A stretch of DNA of 64,000 nucleotides from Planctomycetota bacterium (GTDB taxonomy: Bacteria > Planctomycetota > J058 > J103), in assembly GCA_026004615.1 (NCBI GenBank), contig BPJM01000005.1, positions 477 to 64,476 on the forward strand, written 5' to 3'. How positions within the stretch are numbered: the first letter of the stretch is position 1; the number at the start of each line of letters is the position of its first letter. The notes beneath the pieces were generated by a model, which did no database searches, had not been told where the DNA came from, and saw nothing but the letters and a program-made list of their open reading frames with translations. Below are positions 1 to 9,145 of the stretch, one piece after another. The position numbers were made by a program, and so were the translations under genes.

Positions 1-1910
1 GCGGTGGCGAGCGCGGCCTGCAGCGGCGTCACCAGCAGATCGCCTTGTCCGATCGCCAGGTTGCGGCTGTCGCCCTTGCGCCAGAACGCCTGCTCCTGCC
101 AGCGCGCGAGCCGGGCGGTGGCGCCCGCGAGCTCCCGCAGCCGCTGCTCGAGCGCCGCCGCGTGGATCGCGCTCCCGAGCCCGCCGGGCAGCGCGCCCCC
201 GAGGGCCGCCGCCGCCGCGCCGGCTGCCAGCCCGCCGAGCGCAGCCGCCAGCTCCGCGCGCAGCCGCTGCACCCGGAGCTGGGTGGCGGCGAGCTGCTCG
301 CGCTTCCACGCCGTTGTCGGCACCCGGCCCCGCGCCTCGCCGGGCAGCTCGATCCCGGTGGGCCGCCCGAGCCCGAAGCTGCGGTAGGCACGGACCAGTC
401 CGCCCTCGCCCAGCGCCTCGCCCAGCAGGTAGAAGTAGATGTTGCAGGAGCGCTCGAGCGCCTGCGCCAGATCGAGTGCGCCGTGTCCATGCCGGGCGTT
501 GCACTGGAAGGCGTGCCGGGTGTGCAGATAGCCGCGGCAGAATACGGTGCGCTCCGGCACGAGAGGTTCGCCCTCCAGCAGCAGGCCTTCGCTGCTGAGC
601 GCAGCTGCCGCCACCAGCGGCTTGACGATCGAGCCCGGCGCGAGCGCCGCCGCGATCGCGCGGTGTACCAGCGGGTGTGTCGGCTCCGAGGCGAGTCGCT
701 GCCAGTCGCGGCGCAGGGTGTTGGGGTCGTAGCGGGGCGAGCTGGCGAGCACCAGCAGCTCCCCGCTGCTGCCGTCCAGCAGCACCGCCGCGCCGCCGCG
801 GCCGCCGGCCCGCCGCACGGCCTCATCCAGCGCCTGTTCGACCGCGCGCTGCAGCTCCAGCTCGATCGTCAGCTCGACGTCCCGGCCGGGGATCGGCGGT
901 TCGGCGTCGATCACGCGCTGGGCGCCGCTGGTGCGATCGCGCTCCAGCAGCCGCCCGCCGGCCACACCGGCCAGCACCTGTTCCAGCGCCGCCTCCACGC
1001 CCTGGCGGCCGATCTCCGCATCGAGGAAGTAGGCCTGGCCGCGGATCGCCAGCAGCCGCTCCAGCGAGCGCCAGCTCCGCTCGCCGACCAGCAGCCGTCC
1101 CGCAGCCCGGAGTTCGGTCACCTCCTCCGGTCCGAGCGCGCCGGTATAGCCGAGCACGTGCGCGAGCGCGTCGCCGTACGGGTAGGCGCGCCGCGCCGCG
1201 ACCTCGACCACGACCCCCGGCAGCTCGGCGGCGCGCTCCTCCAGCCGCGCCACCGTGGCGAACTCGACCCCGCTCGCCACCACGACCGGGGTCTCGAGCC
1301 GCTGCGCGCGGTCCAGCCGGTTGTCGATCGCCAGCGCGCGGGCGATCTGCCCGGCGGCCAGCCGCTCCAGCTCCCTTGGCTCGCGGCCCAGCTCGACGGC
1401 GAGCTCGGCCAGCACCCGCGTGCGCCGCAGGAGCAGCGCGCGCTCCACGAGCAGCTCGGCTCCCTGTACCTGCAGGCCCGGCTCGGCGGCAGCCAGGCGC
1501 AGAAATAGCGCGCGCGAGGCCGCAGAGGGCGCGCGCGCGAGCACCAGCGGGCCGCCCGCCGGTTCGGCGAGCGCCTGCTGGCGGATCGCCTCCCAGCGCG
1601 CCTGGAGCTCGAGCCGCGGCCGCCGCAGGATGCGCGCCAGCTGCGCCGGCACCTCGGTGCCGCGCTCCAGCTCCGCCAGCCGCAAGCCCACCTGATAGGT
1701 CGGCACGTCGGCGGCGAGCACCCGCCCGAGGCGATCCCGGATCTGGCCGCGCGGCGCGCGCTGCAACTGGACCCGCAGCCGCGCGTCGCGGGCGCGGGCG
1801 CGATAGTACTGCCCCTCCGCCAGCTGCAGCCAGCCCAGCCGGCCGAGCAGCACCCCAAACGCCACGAGCAGTCCGGTGCCCAGCGCCACGAGCCGCTGCC
1901 GATAGCGCAT
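1..1910 (-). CDS. mrdA: Penicillin-binding protein 2 (class B transpeptidase), 3' end runs off the window
   Basis: Not in the ORF track (no stop in window); translated by hand from ATG 1910: MRYRQRLVALGTGLLVAFGVLLGRLGWLQL...APRGQIRDRLGRVLA. Motifs seen: PGSIVKP (SxxK, frame checked at ~621), ALERSCNIYFY (SxN) and LAIGQGDLLVTPLQ. Lies directly after mreD. Confidence 0.93.
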   Translation of the reverse strand, partial: MRYRQRLVALGTGLLVAFGVLLGRLGWLQLAEGQYYRARARDARLRVQLQRAPRGQIRDRLGRVLAADVPTYQVGLRLAELERGTEVPAQLARILRRPRLELQARWEAIRQQALAEPAGGPLVLARAPSAASRALFLRLAAAEPGLQVQGAELLVERALLLRRTRVLAELAVELGREPRELERLAAGQIARALAIDNRLDRAQRLETPVVVASGVEFATVARLEERAAELPGVVVEVAARRAYPYGDALAHVLGYTGALGPEEVTELRAAGRLLVGERSWRSLERLLAIRGQAYFLDAEIGRQGVEAALEQVLAGVAGGRLLERDRTSGAQRVIDAEPPIPGRDVELTIELELQRAVEQALDEAVRRAGGRGGAAVLLDGSSGELLVLASSPRYDPNTLRRDWQRLASEPTHPLVHRAIAAALAPGSIVKPLVAAAALSSEGLLLEGEPLVPERTVFCRGYLHTRHAFQCNARHGHGALDLAQALERSCNIYFYLLGEALGEGGLVRAYRSFGLGRPTGIELPGEARGRVPTTAWKREQLAATQLRVQRLRAELAAALGGLAAGAAAAALGGALPGGLGSAIHAAALEQRLRELAGATARLARWQEQAFWRKGDSRNLAIGQGDLLVTPLQAALAT

Positions 1911-1914
1911 CGGG

Positions 1915-2412
1915 TCAGCACGCCTCCCGGTTGCGGGCGAACGTGGCCACCGCGGCGAGGAGCAGCACCGGCACCGGGGCGAAGGCTGCGCTCAGCACGG
2001 CGGTGCAGAACACCAGCTCGGCGGCACGGCCCGGCGGCATGCCACACGCGAGCACCGCGTGCAGCGCGGCCGGCGCGTACGCCAGCGCGCAGGCCGGCGG
2101 CAGCAGCGCCAGCACCGGCGCGAGCGCCACCAGCCGGCGCCGCCCGACAAGCCGGCGCACCAGCGTGCCGGCGAGCAGAAAACCGGCGGCGAACAGCCCC
2201 GCCGGCCCGCCGCCCGTCGCGTCGCGGAGCGCGCCCAGCAGCACCGCCGCCCCCAGCCGCGCCCGGGGCTGCGCGGACGCGAGCACCAGCAGCGCCAGCA
2301 GCAGGTCGGGCCCCGCCCCGCCCAGCCGCAGCAGCGGGGGATAACGCGCCTCGAGCACGAGCGCGGCGAGTGCGAGCGCAGCTCCAGCGAGCGCGGGCGC
2401 GGGGCCGCTCAC
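1915..2412 (-). CDS. mreD: Rod shape-determining protein MreD
   Basis: GTG start overlaps the mreC stop (GTGA). About 165 aa, very hydrophobic, with 'PDLLLALLV' and 'GALRD...G.AG' motifs. Sits between mreC and mrdA. Confidence 0.8.
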   Translation of the reverse strand: MSGPAPALAGAALALAALVLEARYPPLLRLGGAGPDLLLALLVLASAQPRARLGAAVLLGALRDATGGGPAGLFAAGFLLAGTLVRRLVGRRRLVALAPVLALLPPACALAYAPAALHAVLACGMPPGRAAELVFCTAVLSAAFAPVPVLLLAAVATFARNREAC

Positions 2413-3410
2413 CGCTCCGCCTCCGGGCTGTTGCCGCCGGGCGGAGCGGCGAGCTGGTCCGGGCCCGTGGCCAGCTGGCGTGCCGCGGGCTGCCGTAGCA
2501 GAACCTCCACCTCGTCGAGCCCCTGCAGCGGCACCGCTGGCGCGAGAGTCGCCTCCACCGCGCGCGTGCGCGGGTCGACCTCGACCTCGACCACGGTGCC
2601 GAGGAGCAGTCCGGCGGGCGCGACCTCGCTCCGGGGCGAGACGACCACCCGGTCGCCAGGGCGAGGGGCAGCAGTGCCGTCGGGGCGGAAGCGGAGCGCT
2701 CCCTGCCCGTCGCCACGCGCGATGCCCTCCAGTGGAGGCGGCGCTTCGGGTGCGGGCCCGGTCGCCCTCCCGCCGTCGGGCCCCTCGCCGGCGCGCTCGG
2801 GCGGACAGGCGCCCGGATCGGCGGGCCTCTCGCCGCCGGTCCCCGACGCTCCGCCGGGCGGCTCCAGGATGCGGGCGCGGACGCGGAACGCCGGAGCGGT
2901 GGCGAGCAGCACCTCGGAGCGATCGGGCGCGACGGCGGCCAGCCGGCCGAGCAGCGCGCTGCCGGCAGTGACCGGATCGCCCGGCGCAAGGCCCGCCTCC
3001 AGCCCGGCGTCGATCCGCAGCCGGCCCCCGCGATCCAGCGCCCCGCGGGCGGCACCGGCTGCCGCGGCGGCGCCGCCGAGCACGCGCGCGAGCACCACGT
3101 GCGGCACCGCGCGCGCCGGCACGGCCTCGCGCAGCGCTCCCAGGCGTGCGAGCGCCGCCACCAGCTCGGCGCGCTCCGCCTCGGCGTGCAACAGCTGCGC
3201 GCGCAGATACGCACAGCTTTCGCAGCGAGCCTGCGGACCGGCGTGCTCTGGCTGGCTGCCCGCCGCGGACGACGCCCGCGTGCCGCCCGCCAGCCGCTCC
3301 AGCCATCCCAGCAGTCCCAGCCGCAGCGCGTCCCAGGCCGGGCGCGGGCAGAGCAGCAGCCCCAGCAGCACCCCGAGGGCGAAGGCGTGATGTCTCGTCC
3401 ACCGCCACAT
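2409..3410 (-). CDS. mreC: Rod shape-determining protein MreC
   Basis: N-terminal TM, short coiled coil, then 'LRIDAGLEAGLAPGDPV...LLGRL...SEVLL' and 'PGDRVV.S...PAGLLLGTV'. Follows mreB. Confidence 0.88.
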   Translation of the reverse strand: MWRWTRHHAFALGVLLGLLLCPRPAWDALRLGLLGWLERLAGGTRASSAAGSQPEHAGPQARCESCAYLRAQLLHAEAERAELVAALARLGALREAVPARAVPHVVLARVLGGAAAAAGAARGALDRGGRLRIDAGLEAGLAPGDPVTAGSALLGRLAAVAPDRSEVLLATAPAFRVRARILEPPGGASGTGGERPADPGACPPERAGEGPDGGRATGPAPEAPPPLEGIARGDGQGALRFRPDGTAAPRPGDRVVVSPRSEVAPAGLLLGTVVEVEVDPRTRAVEATLAPAVPLQGLDEVEVLLRQPAARQLATGPDQLAAPPGGNSPEAER

Positions 3411-3458
3411 CGCGCCGCCCCGTCAGCTCACCGGACCGCGGCGCGCGCCGGCCGGGTC

Positions 3459-4511
3459 TCAGCCGAGGTCGTCCTCGCTCTCCAGGAAGGGCGCGTAGCG
3501 ATCGAGGTTTTCCAGGAAGATCGCGGTGCCCCGCGCAACGCAGGTCATCGGATCCTCGGCCAGCCGGACCGGCAGCCCGGTCTCGCGCGCGATGGCGCGG
3601 TCGAGCCCGCGCAGCTGCGAGCTGCCGCCGCACAGCACCAGGCCGTTGTCCACCAGATCGCCCGCCAGCTCCGGACCGGTCCGCTCCAGCACGCTGCGTA
3701 CCGCGGCGCAGATCTCGCCCACCGGTTTGAGCAGCGCCTCGCGGATCTCTTCCGAGGTCACGGTGGTCTGGCGCGGCAGGCCGGTCACCGTGTCCCGGCC
3801 CCGCACGTCCATCTCCAGCTCCTGCTCCAGCGGGGCGCACGAGCCGATCGCGATCTTGATGCGCTCGGCGGTCTGCTCCCCGATGTGGAGGTTGTGGGCG
3901 CGCTTGACGTGCTCGACGATGGCCTCGTCGAAATCATCGCCGGCCACGCGCAGCGACTCCGCACAGACGATCTCGGCCAGCGAGAGGACCGCGATCTCGG
4001 TCGTGCCGCCGCCGATGTCGACGACCATGCTGCCGACCGGCTGGTCCACCGGCAGCCCGGCCCCGATGCCGGCGGCGCGCGGCTCGCTGATCAGATAGAC
4101 CTTGCGTGCTCCGGCGCGCTCGGCCGAGTTGAACACCGCGCGCTTTTCCACCGCCGTGATCCCGCTCGGGACCGCCACCACCACCCGCGGGCGTACTCCC
4201 CACCGCCGGTCGTGGACCTTGCGGATGAAGTAGCTGAGCATCGCCTCGGTGATGTCGAAGTCGGCGATACGGCCCGACTTCATGGGGCGGATGGCCTGGA
4301 TGCCGGGCGGCGTCTTGGCCAGCATCGCCTTGGCGACGGCGCCGACCGCGTTGCCGTTGAGCAGCACCTGGTTGGTGCCCTTGCGCACCGCTACCACCGA
4401 CGGCTCGTTGAGCACGATGCCCTGACCGCTGACGGTGACCAGGGTGTTGGCCGTGCCGAGGTCGATCCCCATGTCGGTGGAGAACAGTCCCAGGAACCAG
4501 TCGAGGATCAT
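3459..4511 (-). CDS. mreB: Actin-like rod shape-determining protein MreB
   Basis: DMGIDLGTANT, EPSVVA, RPMKSGRIADF, VVDIGGGTTE, GDDFDEAI, AEDPMTCVARG. Start set at ATG 4511 (MILDWFLGLFSTD). Confidence 0.97.
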   Translation of the reverse strand: MILDWFLGLFSTDMGIDLGTANTLVTVSGQGIVLNEPSVVAVRKGTNQVLLNGNAVGAVAKAMLAKTPPGIQAIRPMKSGRIADFDITEAMLSYFIRKVHDRRWGVRPRVVVAVPSGITAVEKRAVFNSAERAGARKVYLISEPRAAGIGAGLPVDQPVGSMVVDIGGGTTEIAVLSLAEIVCAESLRVAGDDFDEAIVEHVKRAHNLHIGEQTAERIKIAIGSCAPLEQELEMDVRGRDTVTGLPRQTTVTSEEIREALLKPVGEICAAVRSVLERTGPELAGDLVDNGLVLCGGSSQLRGLDRAIARETGLPVRLAEDPMTCVARGTAIFLENLDRYAPFLESEDDLG

Positions 4512-4892
4512 GCCGTCGCCAGCCTCGCCCACCGTGCCCGGCGCGGGCCAACCGCCCGCTCCTCTGTCTGTATCGGCGCGCTGCGGCCGCAGGTTCACAG
4601 CCCGGCGGGCGCGCGGTGCGGGGCCGGGCGGGCGGCAGGGCTCACCGCCCGCCGTGCGGGCCGCGAAGGGGGGCGGGACGCTGCCCGCGGGCGCTCGCAC
4701 CCCGCCGCCGCCCGATCGCACAGGCGCGCCGGCGAGCTGCTCGCGGCCGGGCGGTAGCTCGCGGCGAGAGGTCCGCCGATCCGGGCGGGGTGCGTGCGGG
4801 CGCGGGGCAGAAGGGAGCGGCAGCGCGCAAGTGCAGTTCCGGCGCCCGACCGGCCACTCCGCGGGCGCACGTTCCTGGCGGGGCAGCGGGCA

Positions 4893-5132
4893 CTATGTAC
4901 CGGGCTGTCGTTCCTCGGGGCGCAGGTCCGGGTAGCGCTGCTTGTCGAGCTGGAGCGGGGTGATCTGGAACTCGTTGGTCAGCCGGCGCGTCTCGGGATT
5001 CACGTACCAGCCGATCTGGCGCACGCTCAGCCAGATGCCGAGGATGAGCGCGATCGCGGTCACGATCAGCAGCGCCAGCGAGACGGGATCGCTGGGCTGC
5101 TTGTGCAGGATGTCATCGTCTTCGTAGGGCAC
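4893..5132 (-). CDS. Small single-pass membrane protein, unknown function
   Basis: 79 aa with one clear TM (VSLALLIVTAIALILGIWLSV), coding-like composition, GGAGG upstream of the GTG. Confidence 0.65.
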   Translation of the reverse strand: MPYEDDDILHKQPSDPVSLALLIVTAIALILGIWLSVRQIGWYVNPETRRLTNEFQITPLQLDKQRYPDLRPEERQPGT

Positions 5133-5184
5133 CGGTTCGACCTCCGCCTGCTCCGCGCCCTGCTGGCGCGCCGCGCTGCTCCGC

Positions 5185-6058
5185 TCAGTCCAGCCGCGTG
5201 GCGGCCGTGTCGCCGGCGCGGATCTGCTGGCCGGGGGCGGTGAACAGCACCCGCGCGCCCGAGGAGTCGCGCATGGGCTTGGTCACCACCACCTTGCCGA
5301 TGAAGGTGTCGCGCCGGTAGATCGTGAACTGATAGCCCCGCTCCACGCCCTGATCCTTGCCCACGCTCAGCAGCACACTCGCCGGCTCGGTGCTGGTGTC
5401 GACCCCGGCCACCACGCCGTTGATCGCCGGCACCGGCGGGGGTACCGAGCACGATCTGGTACAGGTCGACGCCGTGCTCGGACTTGGCGGTGTCGATCAT
5501 GAGCTGCAGATCGAGCGCCTTCTGCTTGGCGTCGGCGTAGTCCTTGCGCGCCTGTCCGAGGTCCTTCTCCAGCGCCGTCTTCTGCTGGAGCAGCCGCGCC
5601 ACCTGCGCCTGGGCACGATCGAGGTTGTCCTTGGCGATCTTGAGCTCGCCATCGAGCTGGGTCACGCGCTGCAGGTAGTCGCGGATCTGGTCGTCCTTGG
5701 CCTGCAGGTTGGTGGACACCTCCTTGTGCGTCGCCTGCAGTTGCTCGAAGTCGCTGCGGAGGCGGTTGAACTCGGTGATGCGCTGCTGGGCGCTCAGCTC
5801 CAGTGCCTTGAGCTGGTCCTTGAGGTTGGTGACCAGCGCGTCGAGCTCGCCGATCTTGCGGTCCAGATCGCTGTTGGAACCGCGCAGGGCGGCGATCTGC
5901 GCCTCCTTGGCCTGGACCACCTGCTGGTGGTGCGAGCGGGCGCGCTCGTAGGCCTGGCGCCAGTTGTTCTCGTGATAGCTGAGCGTGGCCTGGGCGCCGA
6001 GGTAGATCAAGCTCAGCACCGTGACGATCACGATGAAGATCCTGCCGAGAAGGCTCAT
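5185..6058 (-). CDS. TM + long coiled-coil + C-terminal beta-barrel protein (FlgT-C/MreC-like motif); one frameshift at G5 5438-5442
   Basis: ORFs 5066..6058 and 5185..5433 join as ...VLGTPPVPAINGVV... if one base is removed from the G5 run (873 nt). GGAGG RBS upstream. C-terminal motif VLLSVGKDQGVERGYQFTIYR. Confidence 0.75.
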
Positions 6059-6133
6059 CGACCTCCCCTCCCGTAGTCCGAGCGCGACGGCGCGTGCCCA
6101 GCCCCACGCGGCGCCCCTGACCAGCAGCCCCCG

Positions 6134-6161
6134 ATTATAGGTGGCGGCAGGGGGGCGTCAA
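6134..6161 (-). promoter_or_regulatory. Sigma70-type promoter TTGACG-N16-TATAAT
   Basis: Perfect -10 and near-perfect -35 in very GC-rich DNA, about 75 nt upstream of the 6058 start. Confidence 0.7.
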
Positions 6162-6279
6162 GCGCAACCGCTTGTGCCGCCTGACGATGACGGATCGATG
6201 ACAGAGCCGCGGCCCGCCGGTGACGAAGGCGCCCTGCGCGGCCCTCGAGGTGTGCCGGCGGCGCGGGCACCGGCAGCCT

Positions 6280-8016
6280 TCACGGGCGGGCGGCCGGCCG
6301 GTGACGCCGGTCCGGCGCGACCAGCGCCGCCAGCGCGCCCAGCACCGCCAGGCCGACCGCGCCCAGCCCGGGCCAGTCGCCGTACCGCACGTAGAAGGTG
6401 CGTTCAGGGCTGGAGAGCAACGGCGCGCGGAGCGCGCCCTCGATCTGCTTGCGCCGTCCGTCTGCCCGCACCAGATCGTAGATCCGGCCCGCCGGATCGA
6501 CCAGGTGGCTGATGCCGCCATTGACCGCGGCGAGCACGCCGCGCCGCGTCTCGATCGCGCGGAACATGCCGTGGATGCGTGCCAGGTCCAGCTCCGCGCT
6601 GTCCTCGAACCAGGCGTAGTTGGAGACGTTGACGATGGCATCCGCGCCGGCGAGCACGCCCAGGCGCACCGCGCTGCTGAACGTGATGTCGAAGCAGACG
6701 TTGGGCGCGATCCGGAAGCCATCCAGCTCGAACAGCACCGGGCCGCGCCCCCGCTCGAACTGGCTGAAGCCGGGGGTGAAGTTCTCGCGCACGTACCTGT
6801 AGAAGGCCGGCCAGGTGTGCTGCAGCGGGGTGTATTCGCTGACCGGCGCCAGGTGCATCTTGTCGTAGCGGCCGAGCACGGTGCCGCTGGCGTCGAGATA
6901 AAAGGCGCTGTTGTGCTCGACCGGCTCCTGGCGATCCTGGTCCCACGCCGCATGCAACGAGCCGGCGATCAGCCGGCGCGCCCCGGCCTCGCGGAGCACC
7001 GCGGCGAGCCGCCGTTGCAGCTCGGGCACCTGGTCGACCGCGGCATACGGCAGCCGCGCGTCGGAAGCGCGCCAGACCGGAAGCATGGTCTCGGGCCAGA
7101 CCACCAGGTCCGGCGGGCTGCCGCCCGAGCGCGCGTGCTGGCGGGTGAGCCGCTCCAGGTCGCGCAGGCGCCGCATGGGGTCGAAGTCGGTGGCATTCTT
7201 GAGCCGCTGCGGGATGTGGGGCTGGACGGCGAGCGCCTCCGGGCCGCGGACGAAGCTCTGCGGGGTGAGCGCGGCCAGCCGGCCGGCACCATACAGCCAG
7301 GCGGCCAGGGTGGCGGCCAGGGGCAGCCAACCCAGCCGAGCGAGCCGCCGCCACGCGGTGCGGGCGGGCGGCCGGGCACCGGCGGGCGCGCTCGGCGGCC
7401 GCCAGGCGTTCCACAGATCGAGCACCAGGCCGTTCCAGGCGGCCACGAGCAGCGAGACCAGCAGCTGTCCGCCCAGCTCGGCGACCTGCACCACCGCCTG
7501 GAGCGGATAGACCGCGTGTCCGAGGTAGAACCACGGAAACGCCCAGAAGAACAGCCGGCCGCGCAGGCTCTCGCATGCCACCCACGCCAGCGGCAGCCAC
7601 ACCAGCGCCGGCCAGCCCGCCCTCGCCATGGGGCGAGCGAGCGTGGCGAACAGCAGTCCGTACAACCCGAAGCCGAATGCGGTGGCCAGCCACGGCACCA
7701 GGCCGAACAGCGCCAGCCAGTGCACCGCCGCTCCGCCGCCGAGCAGGAATCCGGCGAAGCCGCCGAGCAGCGCCTGCCGCAAGCGGGCCGCGCCCACGAG
7801 CCGGCCGAGCGGCGCCGCGCAGAGGAACGCCAGCGGCCAGAGCGCTGCGGGGTGGAACGCGAGGGCGAACAGCGCCGCGTGCGCGAGCACCAGCGCCGCC
7901 CACCGCCTCCAGGGCAGGCGTGGCGGTGCCGCCGGCGCGCCTGCCGCCGGAGCGGGCGCAGCTGCCGCGGGCTGCGGCGCTCGCTGCTGTGCCGGGCCAG
8001 CAGATCGTGCCGTCAT
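6280..8016 (-). CDS. lnt: Apolipoprotein N-acyltransferase
   Basis: Multi-TM N-terminal half with 'E.LRG...FPW..LG'. Nitrilase-fold triad motifs VVWPET, YDKMHLAPVSEY, NVCFD, plus SNYAWF and RAIETRR. Confidence 0.95.
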   Translation of the reverse strand: MTARSAGPAQQRAPQPAAAAPAPAAGAPAAPPRLPWRRWAALVLAHAALFALAFHPAALWPLAFLCAAPLGRLVGAARLRQALLGGFAGFLLGGGAAVHWLALFGLVPWLATAFGFGLYGLLFATLARPMARAGWPALVWLPLAWVACESLRGRLFFWAFPWFYLGHAVYPLQAVVQVAELGGQLLVSLLVAAWNGLVLDLWNAWRPPSAPAGARPPARTAWRRLARLGWLPLAATLAAWLYGAGRLAALTPQSFVRGPEALAVQPHIPQRLKNATDFDPMRRLRDLERLTRQHARSGGSPPDLVVWPETMLPVWRASDARLPYAAVDQVPELQRRLAAVLREAGARRLIAGSLHAAWDQDRQEPVEHNSAFYLDASGTVLGRYDKMHLAPVSEYTPLQHTWPAFYRYVRENFTPGFSQFERGRGPVLFELDGFRIAPNVCFDITFSSAVRLGVLAGADAIVNVSNYAWFEDSAELDLARIHGMFRAIETRRGVLAAVNGGISHLVDPAGRIYDLVRADGRRKQIEGALRAPLLSSPERTFYVRYGDWPGLGAVGLAVLGALAALVAPDRRHRPAARP

Positions 8017-8141
8017 GGCAGACCAAGCCTACCGGCCGGGCGGGCACAGGTCCAGACGGCCGGCCCGGCTTGCCAGCGGCGGCCCCGGCACCGGAGCACC
8101 GGACAGCTGCGGCGCGCCGGCTCCGGGCGCGCGGTGCGCAC

Positions 8142-9131
8142 TCACGCTCCGCCTGGCAGCGGCCCGCCGGGCGGCGTGCGCGCCAGCGCGTCGATGATCG
8201 CCTCGAGATCGAGGGTGGGCTGCCAGCCGATCAGTTCGCGGGCCCGGCGCAAATCGGGGCGGCGGCGGGGCATGTCGTCGAAGCCGGGGCCGTAGGCCTC
8301 CGCATACGGCACGTACGCGATCGGAGCGGCGGGGTTGAGGCGCGCGCGCACCCGCTCCGCGAGCTCCCGGATCGTCACCTCCTCGTCGCTGCCGAGGTTC
8401 ACGACCTTGCCCCACGCGGCCTCGCAGCTCAGCAGCGCCTCGAGCCCGCGCACCACGTCTCCGACCCAGGTGAAGCACCGGCTCTGCGTGCCATCGCCAT
8501 ACACGGTGAGCGGGCCGCCGGCGCGCGCCTGCTCGATGAACCGCGGCAGCACCATGCCCCAGCGCCCGCTCTGCCGCGGGCCCACGGTGTTGAACAGCCG
8601 CACCACCACCGCGCGCAGTCCCCGCTCGCGCACCAGCGCCAGGGCCAGAAACTCATCCAGCAGCTTGGAGCAGGCGTATGCCCAGCGCGGCCTGCTCGGC
8701 GGACCCAGCACCAGGTCATCCTCTTCGTGGAAGCGCGCTCCTGCGGCGCGGCCGTACACCTCGCTGCTGGAGGCGAGCACCACCGGCAGCCCGCGGCGGG
8801 CGGCCTCGAACAGCACCACCCGCGTCGGCTCCAGGTTGCGCTCGATGCACTCGGCGGCTCGCTCGACCACCAGGCGCACTCCGACTGCCGCCGCCAGGTG
8901 TACCACCGCGTCTGCCTCGGCGAACAGCTCGCGGACCAGCCGCGGATCGGCCGCGTCGCCCTGGACGAAACGGCCTCCTCGCGCCAGGAAGGCCTGCAGG
9001 TTGGCGCGGCGCCCGGTGGACAGATCGTCCAGCACCGTCACCCGCGTGCCGCCCGCGAGCAGCCGCTCCGCCAGGTGCGAGCCGATGAAGCCCGCGCCGC
9101 CGGTGATCACTGCGTGGCGGTATGGGACCAT
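8142..9131 (-). CDS. NAD-dependent epimerase/dehydratase (extended SDR, nucleotide-sugar)
   Basis: ITGGAGFIGSHL, HLAAAVGV, ASSSEVYG, YACSK (YxxxK), RLFNTVGPRQ, GDGTQSRCF. Confidence 0.92.
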   Translation of the reverse strand: MVPYRHAVITGGAGFIGSHLAERLLAGGTRVTVLDDLSTGRRANLQAFLARGGRFVQGDAADPRLVRELFAEADAVVHLAAAVGVRLVVERAAECIERNLEPTRVVLFEAARRGLPVVLASSSEVYGRAAGARFHEEDDLVLGPPSRPRWAYACSKLLDEFLALALVRERGLRAVVVRLFNTVGPRQSGRWGMVLPRFIEQARAGGPLTVYGDGTQSRCFTWVGDVVRGLEALLSCEAAWGKVVNLGSDEEVTIRELAERVRARLNPAAPIAYVPYAEAYGPGFDDMPRRRPDLRRARELIGWQPTLDLEAIIDALARTPPGGPLPGGA

Positions 9132-9145
9132 GCAGCCACGGGGCG

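Noticed and set aside
4512..4892. Structured ncRNA in the long intergenic gaps (also 16170-16511 and 61543-61888)
   Set aside because: No tRNA, riboswitch or other RNA-family motif was recognisable by eye; an Infernal/Rfam scan would be needed.
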